From NCBI GenBank assembly GCA_002633005.1, contig NMRA01000168.1, forward strand, positions 189,129 through 253,128: a stretch of DNA of 64,000 nucleotides, written 5' to 3'. Below are positions 51,391 through 64,000 of the stretch, in pieces. The notes beneath the pieces are model-generated. The model was not told the origin of the DNA. It searched no databases and was given only the letters and a program-made list of their open reading frames with translations. Source of the stretch: Phoronis australis. Its lineage: Eukaryota; Animalia; Phoronida. Position 1 is the first letter of the stretch. Each line of letters starts with the position of its first letter. A program made the position numbers and the translations under genes.

Positions 51391-52573
51391 GTCCTATTTA
51401 GATAATGATAGGACACCAACAAAGGCTACTTATGGTAAATGTATCTAGGCGGCTTATGAGGTCTCTGCATGATCAGTAACATGCCTAGTGTATGTTTTTA
51501 ACAAGTGGTGTCGAAATTACAGGCTGTTACTTGTTTTCTACCATATTTTACCTGCAATTCATTTTGTGAAAAATTTGGTAATAGTCGGATATATTGTGCC
51601 CACGTTTTGAGAACCAGTTTTCTCCGCTAAGTAATGGGCATCCAACTGGTTCTCAGAATAGGGGTAGGTTGTAATCAGACTATTGCTTAAAATTGTGTAA
51701 ACTGCCCAGGCAAGTGGATATCTGTCACTGTTTGGTTGATTGCCAGCCACTCAGCTTGTTTTTGTGGCACATGTTGCTATGGTGACACTTGGATTTGGTG
51801 TTAACCATCTAGTGGAGGCAGGCATGAGATTGCATCTGACAGCTGATCAAAAACTTAAGTCAGTGACCAAAACTACAATGTTAGCGATATCAGATCTAGG
51901 ATATTGTGAAAATGCAGATCCTAACTGTGGAATTATGGCTTTGGTCTTAAGGGCTAATTATATGCAGTTATTATCACCTTGTTGCCGTGTAATGAGAGCA
52001 CGAATCAAGTGAAAATGTCCATTCACAAATGCGAGTGACAGCATATTTGCCACTCATATTCCCGGCTTTAGATGACCAAAGAAAAAGTGCTGGAGGGTGG
52101 CTCTGCACCTGTACGAATGGGACCAATTATGTACTCACATTTTCACTTTTTCCACTTGTATTTTCGAGTGTCACTTGCAATTTTGAGTCCACCAGAGTGG
52201 CAGTTGTTACCAGGGGCATTATCTTGTTAACATCTTCTGCAACACATTTAAGAATGGCCAAGTTTTTGAAAGTCACACTTATCAGGTCTGAAGTCTCCAC
52301 AGCCTCTCATGCTATGTAATTTTATCCTTCAAAAGAACCATGATACTTTTCTCCCAGCCTTGTTCTGATCTGGAAGCTGAAGCAACAGATCTGATTAGAG
52401 GACACAACCACTCAAAATAAACATTCTCAGAGCCTTCCTTTGGGTCACCAATGTGACCAGTTTGCCTGCCATGGGAATGTTTTACCTTCTTAAAAAGACA
52501 GATCTGCCTGTTGAATCCAGGACTGACAAATGAATACAAAGGCAGATTTGACATATGTCACAATGTGTTCACA

Positions 52574-53542
52574 CAGTGGCGGATCTAGGATATCACAAGG
52601 GGGGCCCAACATTTTGTCTGTAAGCATTTGTGCAAACTACGATTGTAGATGCGCATAGCACCGAATGGGGGGGCGGTCGGGAGGGGGGAAATTTTTCTGT
52701 TTTTTCCTCTAAAAAATCAAGCATTTTCCTTGATTCCTGAAGTATTATCCAAGAAAAAAGGCAAAAAAACCACTGAGAACGTGTCAAACAGCGAAAACTG
52801 CAAATACCACAGACTCGAACTCACGACCTGGCGGATAGCGCGCGCGTGCTTCAGCACTACACCATCACGATTCAACTCCTAACTTAATATTAAGAGACCT
52901 ACTAGTTTATGGTCCATAGCGTTTGCGCGCGAAACCTACTTCCTTTTGTAAGACTTATTACACGTTTTATATTTTGTCCAATCGGTTCGTAACAAATTTG
53001 TTGTATTTAAAATAGTCTTCAATTGCCCAAAAGACCAAATCCGTTTTTCGTGTTAGCAATAATGACGGGATTGCTTTGGAAATCGTCTTAAGTTAAGGTT
53101 TGACAAAGTGAGAATTATGAGTTTCTGAGTGATTCACTAAGGCTTCGATTAAAATTTACATCTTACCAGCAGCTTCTGTTTTTTCATCGTCTATCAGGTT
53201 CTATTTTCTTTAAAAAATGAAGTAATTTTCTTCATTGCACAGTGGAGCAGATGACGGAAACGGAGTCATAGTGCGCAGCGCCACTGCCGATCGCCTGGGA
53301 TATTGCGGGAGAGCCTATACTTAGCCACAGTTCCGTTACGATTGCGCCGAGCTCCGAATTTTGTCACTTGAAAGTGGATCTGATCCCATCCCCCCCCAAC
53401 ACTAAAACTGCACACATTTAAATCTTGTTTCATCCGTATATTTTTAATTACCGGGGTTAATTAATAAACTCAACATTTCCTTACGCTCTTGCTGTTTTAT
53501 TTTTTTGCGGTAGCCAAGGGGGGCCCCCTAAATCCGCCTATG
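52574..53542. mobile_element. Non-autonomous DNA transposon (MITE-like)
   Basis: Ends cagtggcggatctagg / cctaaatccgcctatg; aaggggggccc motif at both ends; flanked by tcaca on both sides. Confidence 0.7.
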
Positions 53543-56170
53543 TCACATAGGAACTTTCTTCAGATTGGATCAGACGACGGATCAATCTTCGGATCAACCC
53601 GGTATTACCCTGTATTAGAAAGACACTGGGCGATTCGAAATTCACTGGTATGCAGGTATGAGGCAGTGGTCCTTCCTAATATCCCTATCTAATATAAGAG
53701 CATGCTGTTCAAGTACTCACATGGGACATATAGTCCACTGATGCCCCCATGGTGATGAGCTGATTTCCACTTTCAATTTTTTCAGATGTCAAAAAGAGGC
53801 TACACCTAGTGATTATCTGGTTGTCTAGAATTTTTCAGATTTTTTGTTCAAGATAAATGTTCAAATTAGGCTTACTTTGGATCGTCATATCTCAGAAATT
53901 TTTCAGCGAATTCATATGAATTTTTTGTATACTAAGCTTTATGCATTAATTTTCAAAACACTGCTAAAGTGGATCTTGCCCACTAATTCCTTATCTCTTT
54001 GATTGCTTGGTCAAATTATTTAAATAACGTTGAAAATAAATCTGAAACTAAATAAGGCGATCCAGATCCTCTTAAGTATACTATTGTTTCGCGAAATGTA
54101 GAATATATATAGGTAAATAAAACAACAAGAACGGATCAAATGAAATTTTCGGATATAATAATGTCCTTCATCAACAGAAACAGAAATAAAGTGAATGTCA
54201 ATTGTCATACAGTGTTTGATTTTACTTTATTTCTGTTTCCAGTTTTGCATGGGGGGTTATCAAAAATGAGAGTAATATGGTTTTTATGAAAAAATTGAAA
54301 GTTGCATGAAACAAAAATTAAGTGATAACTTAGAAAACTATAACATCATTTTTGAGATTTCATTAGGAACATTATCAAACAAAATTTGGCAGTATTACTG
54401 ATATCGCTGTTTTGCTATATGTACATTGGGATGAGTACTGTCAGTCATCCAGTTGAGTAGATAATATGGAGAAAAATAAATCAAATACTGAACTTACGGA
54501 TTTGAGTTGGCTGCGTTGCGTCCTTATCCCGAGGACTTTGGCAGGCCACCGATGTGTCATGTGACGTATCATATGATTCGTCATGTAATCGACAGCACAG
54601 TCTTCACGGGATACTCTTGAATGCTCTATCCCATGTTCTTTGTATCAGAAATCTCAGCTGCCTTGTCTACCGTATTTAAAGTTAGGTTTTCCACTCATTC
54701 ACATATTGCCTCCTTATCGCCTCACCTGAATCAGTTTTCTTCGCTGTCCATGGAGAAAGGATGGTCCGTACCAGCCATGTGACTGAACACCGCCGAATCA
54801 TAACAACATCCGTAACTGGGTCTACAATGTTGACTGACCCGTCTTCAGGGCTTGCTTGGTTTCACCAATATATGTTTCTTCACAACCTGGAAACGAGCAT
54901 GAAATACCATACACAAGATTGATTTTTTTCTCTTTCGCGGTCTTTTTCTTGACATTCATTTATGAACACAATACGGACTCGGTTAATAAATGTCAAGGGT
55001 AAGGCCACGAAAGAAAAAATCCAAAGTTGTCACGTGAACCAGTTAAAAAGTCAAAAATCAAATACTATGGGCTTTCTCCTTTCAGAAAATTTATACTTTT
55101 ACTGAGTATAAATCTGTAGTTGTGTTAATGTTTGGTTAAATAGGCAGACTTGTGGATTAGGTCCTACATAATCTATGGTTTTACATACTGTAAATTAAGC
55201 AGTGATTTTAACTGGTTCAGTTTTAATTGTCTTACTGCAAGAACTGCCTCAGGCATACAAAACTAGATTACTAGCATATTTCAATCTCTTTGTCCCTAAT
55301 TGACTTTTTGTTTTTATCTCATCAAGTCCACACAGTATAATAAAACGTGGTGAAAACTTACCATCAAGATTCTTAATACTCACTTCATGAAGCCACTTGC
55401 ACTGTGCATGGTAGTTGACACAGTTTTGTCAGACAGTTCATAAACCCTTTTTTATTTCTGTTTATTGCCGCTGGAGTATGCATATAAGTCCACTGATTAC
55501 TTGGTGAAATGAAATTTCTCCATGTATGTTGCTTTCTCGTAAAATTTGTTTTTTGTTTGGTCATTTCTTTGCTCGCTCGCTACACATGGTAATTCTTATC
55601 AGGTCTTGCTAAATCCTTGGTTAGTTTGTTTGTAAACTAATAACATCCTGAAGTTGCTACTGTTTGTAAACACTAAAGTTGTAGTAATATTTTTGAAATC
55701 ATTTATTATTTTGTTATCAACTGATGCCTGTTCACCTTGAGGATCGCACATTATTTAGTCCAATGGGAATCTTGGCTACATGTGTTTTATTCTTATTATT
55801 AATTGACATGAGCATAACAGTAGCTCCTTCCAAAATGAAGTGCGCAATGTAGATGACATATATTTCGAAAGGAATATCTCAAAGTTTAAAAATATCGGTA
55901 TGCTCTTTACAGTCGTATTTTTACCTAAGAACATTTTTAAGGAGCCCTGCTATCTCAATATGATAATTAAAATCACTCCTTCACAAGTTGGAGCACCATC
56001 ACTGCAAGCTTACTTGAAAGTGACCTTTGATAATTGTTTCCCTTGGCAACTGCTTTTCAAAGTGAGGTGATGTGTTGGCATTCATTCAAGGCTATGATAA
56101 GTTGCATTTTGTAGTCTGCGTTCCATTCGGTATGTCTGGCCCTTAAGTGCTGTCCACACACAAACTTACC

Positions 56171-56752
56171 AAAGAACAAGTTACTCCTGGAAGAGTTGTC
56201 ACTAGGTTTGAGGCCTGCGTGGCCGCAAAGCCTGGGGCAAGGTGGGAGTGATTATCAGCTATGCGCATTGTACTCGCATCAGGTGTTCATTGTCACACAG
56301 AACGACAACTTCCGCCTTGCCCTAGTTATCGGATATGTGTGTGCGGACGCTTCACTTGAAAGTGGGGTTAGTTGCACTAGTACAAGTTGTTCTAGGGACT
56401 AGGCTGTGTGTGAATGGGACTTTAGTTTCCACAGTCACTATTCAGTCATTGGTTGTTGTCANAAAGAACAAGTTACTCCTGGAAGAGTTGTCACTAGGTT
56501 TGAGGCCTGCGTGGCCGCAAAGCCTGGGGCAAGGTGGGAGTGATTATCAGCTATGCGCATTGTACTCGCATCAGGTGTTCATTGTCACACAGAACGACAA
56601 CTTCCGCCTTGCCCTAGTTATCGGATATGTGTGTGCGGACGCTTCACTTGAAAGTGGGGTTAGTTGCACTAGTACAAGTTGTTCTAGGGACTAGGCTGTG
56701 TGTGAACGGGACTTTAGTTTCCACTGTCACTATTCAGTCATTGGTTGTTGTC
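56171..56752. other. Near-identical ~290-bp tandem duplication around a single N (probable contig-overlap artefact)
   Basis: 56171-56461 repeats at 56463-56753 with 2 substitutions seen; junction is n at 56462. Confidence 0.8.
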
Positions 56753-56962
56753 AAGTGCGGGTCCAGGCAGTGTCCTTCCCTTTAGGCATTGTATGATGAA
56801 ATAGTTTAAATTTGGTGTATATTTTAAATCTCACAATTTCAGACAAAAATGCTCACCACAAATACAATTGCCCATTTTTCTGGGCCTTCCAGTATCATTG
56901 TGACTGTCCACTTCCCGCAAAGTATTGTCAATGGAGAGGTATGTGAAAATGGTATTCATTTG

Positions 56963-56966
<4 letters not shown>

Positions 56967-56997
<31 letters not shown>
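56967..56997. repeat. (TA)n microsatellite
   Basis: Direct reading. Confidence 0.95.
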
Positions 56998-56999
<2 letters not shown>

Positions 57000-57466
57000 T
57001 TTTCGAAAAAATGAGAAAAAATCTCTTTGGCACCATCAGTGGCATCGTCACTGTCAGGTCATTATCGTCAGCCAATGCGATGTTGTTGTCTGGGGTTATT
57101 TAGGGTTTTTGGTGCTTCTGCCCAGTCGCAGTTGTCAGTGTCTGTTTCATCATTGACAATAATGTTGTCATGGGCAATGGTGTCGTTGGCAGTGGTTTTG
57201 TCATCAGCTCTAGTGTCTTCATCAACAGTGGTTGTGTGATCAGCAATGGTGCCGTCACTATAGACGGTAGCGATGTTGTTGGTATTATTTGAGCCTATGA
57301 CATAGATGTGCTTATTGTCCTTCAGACTAGGTTACACTGTTGTCTGTCCTTTTGGCATTGTCAATTCACCAGTGTCATCCACGGTAGTGTCAGCAACAGC
57401 AGTCGTGCTGTTGTCATCATTATGGTGGATTTTAGCGGTGTTGTCAGCATTGTCTGTGTTGTTGCC

Positions 57467-57745
57467 AGTGTTGTCTGCCATATCCTGCTCCTTCATGTCA
57501 TTCACGTCTCCTCTCAGTGTTATCTGCCATATCCTGGTCCTTCATGGCATTCTCTGTTCCTTTCAGTGTTGTCTGCCATATCCTGGTCCTTCATGGCATT
57601 CTCTGTTTCTCTCAGTGTTGCCTGCCATATCCTGCTCCTTCATGTCATTTTCTGCTCCTCTCAGTGTTGTCTTTCGTGTCATTCTCTGTTCTTCTCAGTG
57701 TTGTCTGCCATATCCTGCTCCTTCATGTCATTCTTGGCTCCTCTG
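57467..57745. repeat. ~48-bp minisatellite, about 6 copies, within a low-complexity GT-rich tract (~57030-57790)
   Basis: cagtgttgtctgccatatcctg(c/g)tccttcatg(t/g)cattctctg unit. Confidence 0.9.
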
Positions 57746-58399
57746 TTGTTTCATAGCAGTATCTTTGGTACTGCTGCCGTGATCATCATCAGTATTTCAG
57801 TCAATTTCTCAAGTGTGGCTCCTCGAGAGTGCTGTCCTTTTATTTTGTTTTGTTTTATTTTTTTCAACGGAACTAAACATAAAATGCTCTTCATTGTTGA
57901 TATGATTTTTGTTGCACACAGTTTTGAAAAGTATTTCTTGGGTAAATAGCTGAGTAATTGTACCACCTTTACCATGCTTGCCTTCTTTACTGAAGATAAG
58001 CTTCTCACAAGCATATTTCTGCTCTGATCTTTTGAAACTTGCAACACAGCAAAGAATGTAAAATATTTTTGAAAGTTTAATACAAACTTAAATAATTCAC
58101 ATCCATCAAGGCCTTGCTTATGCAGATTTTCTCAATTTATTGACATCCTGTATTTGCGTAGACATGTTTCTTTAACCTTGAGAGAGAATGACAGTGGAAC
58201 TGTCAAATTGGCATTTGTACTATGTTATAATTTGTGTGAGTGATTCAGGACCAATCCTCTGAGAAGGGTTGAGAAACTTACTTCAAAAGAAAATTTAAAA
58301 TAAATTGTTACAAACACTTTTGATACTTCTGGTTTCAAAGCCTACAATCCAAATCGACATGTCCTGGGACATTTTGCCTCCACAGTCCTGTTTAGACAT

Positions 58400-58822
58400 C
58401 AACTTTTGGCCCGGCACAACTGACACGGAGCAAATTAATCGGTGTCAAGCTTCCGTTTACACACACAACTCACTAACTGTGGCAAGACAGAAATTGCAGG
58501 CTGGAGAGTGGATCACACATGTGCAGATTTACAAATGACGAGAGTTGAAGAGGCTGAGAACCTGTATTTAGGTCATTACACAAGCGCAGTAGAGATGATC
58601 CTTTCCGGCGTTTCCGCCTTGCCCCAGTTTTGCGTTTAGACACATAATTGACATAAAGCATGTTGTTCTAGCGCAAATTGCTCTACCTCACAAACGGGTG
58701 GCAAAAGTTGTCACCGCGGTGTCAATTTGCTTCAGTTCAGTCCCGTTTACACACATACTTGTGCTGGAAAAACTCGTTCCGTGTCAGCTGATTCGTGTCA
58801 ACTTTTGTAGTGTAAACGGCAC
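58400..58822. mobile_element. Probable MITE remnant
   Basis: Repeated ccgtttacaca motifs and inverted tgtaaacgg; gacac/gtgtc subterminal motifs. Confidence 0.4.
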
Positions 58823-59849
58823 TCAAGCCTGTGGTCAGTTGGCACACTGCTAGGATGGCACAGGTGAGTTTTATTTGATGGGAAATACCTGTATGTCCAC
58901 ATTCTCAAGGTGTGTTATGGTGTTATTGACTCCTCTTGCCAAGTCTATTGTTCTTGTCTTGCTGGTGTGTTTACACTCCAGGTCCATTAAAAGCATGTTT
59001 GAAATACAGATGACAAGAGTAATTATCCTCAGCAAATGAAGTTTGTGTGTTTTTGGGTAATCATATCCTTTGCAAACAGTTTACAGTGCTGTTATAAGTA
59101 AGTTGGTCAAGTTGTACTGAGTCACCTCCTGTGTTATGTAATAACTGTCTGTTGTTGAGAACATTGAAGGGTAACATTAGGATTCCAAACCATAGTGTCA
59201 TAGTGATAATGAATCCCAGATTTGAATGACGCTAAGATCATTTTTGGTGACTCAGTAAAAGTATATTTCTGAAAGTAGAATTTGATTTTTGACTTTTTTA
59301 CAAATCTCTTGGGTTATGTGTCCGTGTCTTTTTACTGTAGTTTAGCCAAAAAAGGTGCATTGATTGCGAAACAAAGGTATCAATAACATGATCAAATTTT
59401 ATTTGATATAAATGGCCAAGAGTAGCTCTCAAATACTTTGTTATAGTTTTCTGAAATGTTTTGCTTTCTTTTTATGCAACTTCACGGATTTTTTTCATGA
59501 AAATCATGAAAGTCCTTGTTTTCATGCAAAGGAATTGCTTAAACTTTTTTGTGAATGAAGCATAGTTTCTGAAGGTCTCATGTGAACCTGAGCAGCCATT
59601 TATGAGATTTGATGTTTTGAACCCAGCCACATTTGGTCATTTTTGTAAATAAACTGAATCCAAGATTGTGTAAGATTCATTGTCTGTTATGGTAATTCCT
59701 CACTTATGTTTGAAAAGACAGCTTCCTGGATAACAAATACATAAAGGAAAATGCAAATGCTTTCAACAATAAAAATGTATCACGATTTTGGCATGAAGTG
59801 AGCCATCTTTGTGTTTTTTTATGCGCCCACATATAGACGTACATATGTG

Positions 59850-60460
59850 GAGGATCTCAATGATGGGTTCCTGTGGAGTTGACCAGAATGAAGGTGACTG
59901 ATTGGATGAATCCGACTATTGCTGTGTCACCTAGTGGCAATTTTAGTAACTTACTTAAATTGCTTCTGTATCTTTGGACTTCCTCAACTGCCTTAGCTAG
60001 CTAATAGGTGTCTCTGTTGCTGCTCTCTCATTTTTGAAGGATCCTACTTATTCTGAGCCAAACTGTGGGTCTGTGGCCATTTATATTATTTACTAGTCTG
60101 TTTTTGCCATAACCTCTCATCTGCCAAACCGCCCAATGGGTCATTATTAAAATTGACAGGTGTGTTCCTGCTGAGTATACCACAACTGACATTGATTTAT
60201 GGAAGGGTTCGACTACTATGGTCCCTTTTGTGATTTTGACCCTTGTATATAGGGTGTTTTTGAAATTTGACTAGTGTTTCTATGAGTGTGATAACAGATG
60301 GTGACGACTTTCGACAGATCTGATTAGCACTGTGTCTCTTTTGCCTAGTCACAATTTCATGTTTTGTTTAGCTCCGTGTCTTCGGAGTTCGTGGACAAAT
60401 TTTCATGAAATTTGGCCAGTAGGTTTCTATTATGGAGATGATGACGCCTTGCCATTTCCG
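59850..60460 (+). repeat. Degenerate tandem array of the same repeat family
   Basis: aaattgacaggtgtgttcctg / gaaatttggccagtaggtttctatt units similar to 44.1-44.7 kb. Confidence 0.5.
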
Positions 60461-60988
60461 GATAGCTTTAACCCGTAGTAGTATCCATTTGCAGTGCAGG
60501 GTGCTGTGTTAATGTGGGAAATGGCTATTAGCTCCTGTTTACTTTTGCATCCTCAATAAACATCAAATTACCATATATGTAGTATATGTGATTACCGTAT
60601 GCTCATTCCCACACACTGTGAATCTTTATCACGACAAGCACACGTTGTTTGGGTGAAGCCAAGAACTAATAGAGCATGGTTACAGATTAGATTCGTAAGG
60701 AAGTTCTCGTTTCCTTTTCTTTTGAAGTCACTTTGAATAATGAACATTGTGCTGTAAAAATAGTCTGCACACCGGGGAGCTCATGCATAAACAAAAAATG
60801 AAACGGGTATTATTCTTTTAATTGTTGCCTGTAGTTATGTAAACCTGCTTTTTGCATCACGAGTGCTTTTTAAGCACAACCAGTCTATATTCGTAACAGT
60901 TTGCATTTCTTTCAGGCTCGCTGGCTGCCATGATGTAGTCTCAGATCCCTGTTATTCATCGCGAGCGCGGTAATGTAAAGTCTGCGCT

Positions 60989-61134
60989 ATGACCAAGTTG
61001 GATCCCATTGTTGCCGTGGCGATTGGGGTGCTGGGGGCCATATTTGTTGGCGCATTGGTTGCGTTTGTGTTTGTGCTGCGGCACAAGTTTTGCAAGAAGA
61101 AGGATCTGATAACAGATGCACAGGAAACTAACAG
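60989..61134 (+). CDS. TMEM98: TMEM98 first coding exon (exon 60916-61134); rest of gene beyond the window
   Basis: MTKLDPIVAVAIGVLGAIFVGALVAFVFVLRHKFCKKKDL resembles recalled TMEM98 METVVIVAIGVLATIFLASFAALVLVCRQRYCRPRDL; tttcag acceptor, gtgggt donor. Confidence 0.85.
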
Positions 61135-62118
61135 GTGGGTCTACTGTTTGTGGCAGGGACCCATAAGGGCCCAAAAAGCGTAGTTGGTTCTGGGGCCTTT
61201 TCCAAGAACCTGACCTGAGTTCATTTTTTACTTAAGTCTTAGATTTGTCTTAACTTCCAAACTTTGAAACTTCCACATCAGGCAAGTTAGTCAGAAATTT
61301 TAAGTTTTATCCTAAAATTGATTGAAATTTAAGATTTGTTAAGCTAAGCAGGAGCAGGACCCTGGTCTGTACCTACTTGCATCAGGTCAAGCGTTTTTTT
61401 TTTGGAAAAGCTGCACAAAGGCAAGTAAGAAAGGGTTAGCAGATTTGAAACATAATTTACCAAGGGATTCCATATCGTTTTTACTCATCTCTAGTGGATT
61501 TTCTTTTTTGAAAGAGTGAGCAACTAAAACATACTGATTACCAACTCGATTTTCAGAAACAAAACTGAGACAAGAACCATCTAGTATGCTTTTTTTAGTA
61601 GTATGATGTTCGTATTTTAATATCTTTCTAATGCATTCCTTTATCTTCACTTCTGCCCATTCAAAATTTATTCCAGTTACCTTGATTTCTTTACCTTTTC
61701 CACCTTCCCTGAACACAAAATTTATTTATCTTTTATCGTTTTGTTTAATGCCAATGTATTTTCCATGACCAATGTAAAGCCAGCCAAGCCCTGGCCATCA
61801 CTTTTTGCCAAAGTGGCTCGGGAACATTTTTTGTGTCATACCTAGTGTCTTTAATTTCCCAAATGTCAATGAAACTGCCCTGGAATTCCCTGTTTGCCTA
61901 TGGTATGCATTAGCACCAACTCTGTGTTTGACTCTCTCTCAAAGGGCTTGTTGTGTGGGATGTGGTACACTACAAGACAAAGTAATCAGACAAACTACCC
62001 TTTTCCACAGCATGGCAGTCAGTTCTGTCAACAACAAAAATGACTGATAATAGCCATCAAAGATGCAAAATTCTAATTACAAAATGGTTTAGCCACCTTA
62101 CTTACTTTGGAAAGTCGT

Positions 62119-62638
62119 GCCATATTGGAATTCACTATACTGCCAGATGCTGATCAGGTCTTTGGTGGACAGGCATTCAGCGCCAGCTACAGATCCTTTA
62201 TAATACGGATGGGAGGTTTCAACCTTCTGATATCAATAGAGTTTTAACCCCTTTCCTGCTATTATAATGCCTACACATTTCCACTGCTGTGCGGTACGAT
62301 GTACTGATGCCTTACAAAAAGGCAAACCTTTTGAAATATCAATGGAGGAACAAGGACATCATTTTCCATACAATTTCCATACAATTCCCAGAGCGTTGAA
62401 AATATCCACAACAAAGCCAGTGCCTGCAGATGATGAAAGGGAGAATTTTGATTCCAGCCCTTTTCAAAAAGCCTAAATAAATTAGTGAACTAATCAACCA
62501 ATGGGAGGTGATGATACTGGAATTTCTTCTTCTTTTAAATTAATGAACCACTATGTAGTAATTTAATTTCTGTCCACCAAATCTGAGTCAGGATCAATTG
62601 GAAGTCACTTTAATGCTCTCATTACTCTAGAGAGCACC
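62119..62638 (+). repeat. Dispersed repeat family, copy B
   Basis: Shares blocks such as ccaccaaatctgagtcaggat(a/c)aattggaagtcactt with 31556-31592. Confidence 0.8.
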
Positions 62639-63034
62639 TATATAAAAATATCCTATTCCTCTTCATTCTCGATCATGAGACAAGGCTACATTGACGGTGA
62701 AGACCACTTCCGCCCAGCCATCATGACGGGAATTGCGAGTCATTTTGTCTGAATTCTTTTGGCTTGTACTGTTTGTAAAGTGTCTTGCTGCTTGTTTTTG
62801 CTATACTCCGATGGTTAATACATGCATTTCAGCAGGAGCAGAGCATAATACACATCTGAATGATGAACTTAGGCAGGGTAATGCTTTCAAACAGCTGAGT
62901 ATTTGAGTTATTGGCAAGTTTTCCACTAAGTGTTATTGGTTTACCTAGTGTTAAACCATTTAGAACCCATACAGTGCAAAACGTTCCCTGTTATGAGGGC
63001 TAATTCTGATAACAGCTAGAATGCTTGTACTATC

Positions 63035-64000
63035 TACGTATTCGCCCCAATAAGTTCCCAGGCGCTTAGAAAAGTTCGTTAGGGGGTCACTTATTGCAAC
63101 CCAAGGCGGTTAAAACACAATCTTGGAAATGGGTGAAAGCGTAAGCTAGGATTCATTAAATTTACGCTCTGTGACGTATCTGTAACCTATGACAGACTTT
63201 TTATAAAACTGTAGTGCAATACTATCAAACTTCATTGTTAAATTATGACCTTTTTGCAGAAATTGTGCTGAAATCCCGGGGCAAAAACTCTCTGATGTGT
63301 CACAAATTACCTGAAATCCTCACTTAAGTTTTCCAAATAGCGTCTCTAAGATTTTTAAGCTCCTGTGGAGTTGGAATGAACAGCTTGGGTTGAAGTCCAA
63401 ATCTGCGCAAGATTGAACTCTGCAACACCGAAAAATCTCTGGATGAACACCTCAGAAAATACATATTGTCAGGTTACGTTTGTTTCGACTGGAATGCAGA
63501 TTGCGCTTTCTGTCTATGTGCTTTTAACACCATTGTTTTTATTCGTGAGTCAGTCGTCAACTGAATGGTACGCGATTCGTAGTTTTCAAGTGTACAAAGA
63601 AATTTGGAATCCTGGTGAGGGAGAAACTGTACGTGAAAGATACAATCTCATTGTCAAGTACGCTGTGTCTGTTCTGAAAGGCCAGACCATCGTGGGACAC
63701 GTTCCTCACGAGATTAGCATAACTGTTACATTCTTTGTGAAGCATGGAAGAAGTTTAAAATGTATAGTTACGGCTTTAGCTGCAAGGCTGGCGGTCTAGA
63801 AGTTTCGTGCACAGTGATTTTTTAGGATTGACGGATCTTGTTGATAAATTGAAGAGGTTACTGTTGAATTTTAGGAATTTAAGGTACGATCCATTTTTTG
63901 CACGTACATGTTCAGGGGCTGGGTGCTTATTTCGGCAAAGTCTGAAAATGCGTGTGTGGTGCTTGTAGGGACATAGGCGCTTATTAGAGCGAATACGGTA
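63035..64000 (+). mobile_element. TA-flanked DNA element carrying a degenerate HIRAN-like ORF
   Basis: Ends tacgtattcgccccaataag / cttattagagcgaatacggta; internal AIRSFQVYKEIWNPGEGET...YAVSVLKGQTIVGHVPHEIS...LKCIVT, then GGLEVSC in another frame. Confidence 0.7.

Noticed and set aside
56171-56752. Tandem 290-bp repeats as paired LTRs or a repeat array
   Set aside because: Copies abut at a single N and are nearly identical, which is typical of an unmerged contig overlap.
57306-57949. 158-213 aa hydrophobic ORFs
   Set aside because: Produced by a stop-poor 48-bp minisatellite and low-complexity tract; no splice or homology support.

Overview
Eukaryotic, AT-rich, intron- and repeat-rich animal DNA. 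It is probably a highly heterozygous marine invertebrate; the species cannot be determined from sequence alone. Three genes are supported. (1) The 3' part of SCAP (SREBP cleavage-activating protein; sterol-sensing domain, TM7/8, WD40 repeats) on + from 101 to stop 16561, in 16 phase-consistent exons. (2) A tail-to-tail, minus-strand ZCWPW2-like gene (ATG 30895, probable stop 17678) encoding zf-CW + PWWP plus an unexpected ARID domain, with a GC-AG intron. (3) The first coding exon of TMEM98 on + (ATG 60989), probably transcribed from a head-to-head promoter near 32.4-32.9 kb across a ~28 kb intron. Introns hold many non-autonomous elements. The most notable is a ~590-bp miniature LTR element (TRIM) with a tRNA-Ser PBS, a PPT, and tRNA-like Pol III A/B boxes inside both LTRs. 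Others are a THAP/Kolobok-like transposase relic, a TA-flanked element carrying a HIRAN-like ORF, hAT and Tc1/pogo-type MITEs, Helentron-like repeats and minisatellites. Two duplications flanking single Ns look like assembly (haplotype or overlap) artefacts. All family assignments come from motif recall, not database searches.
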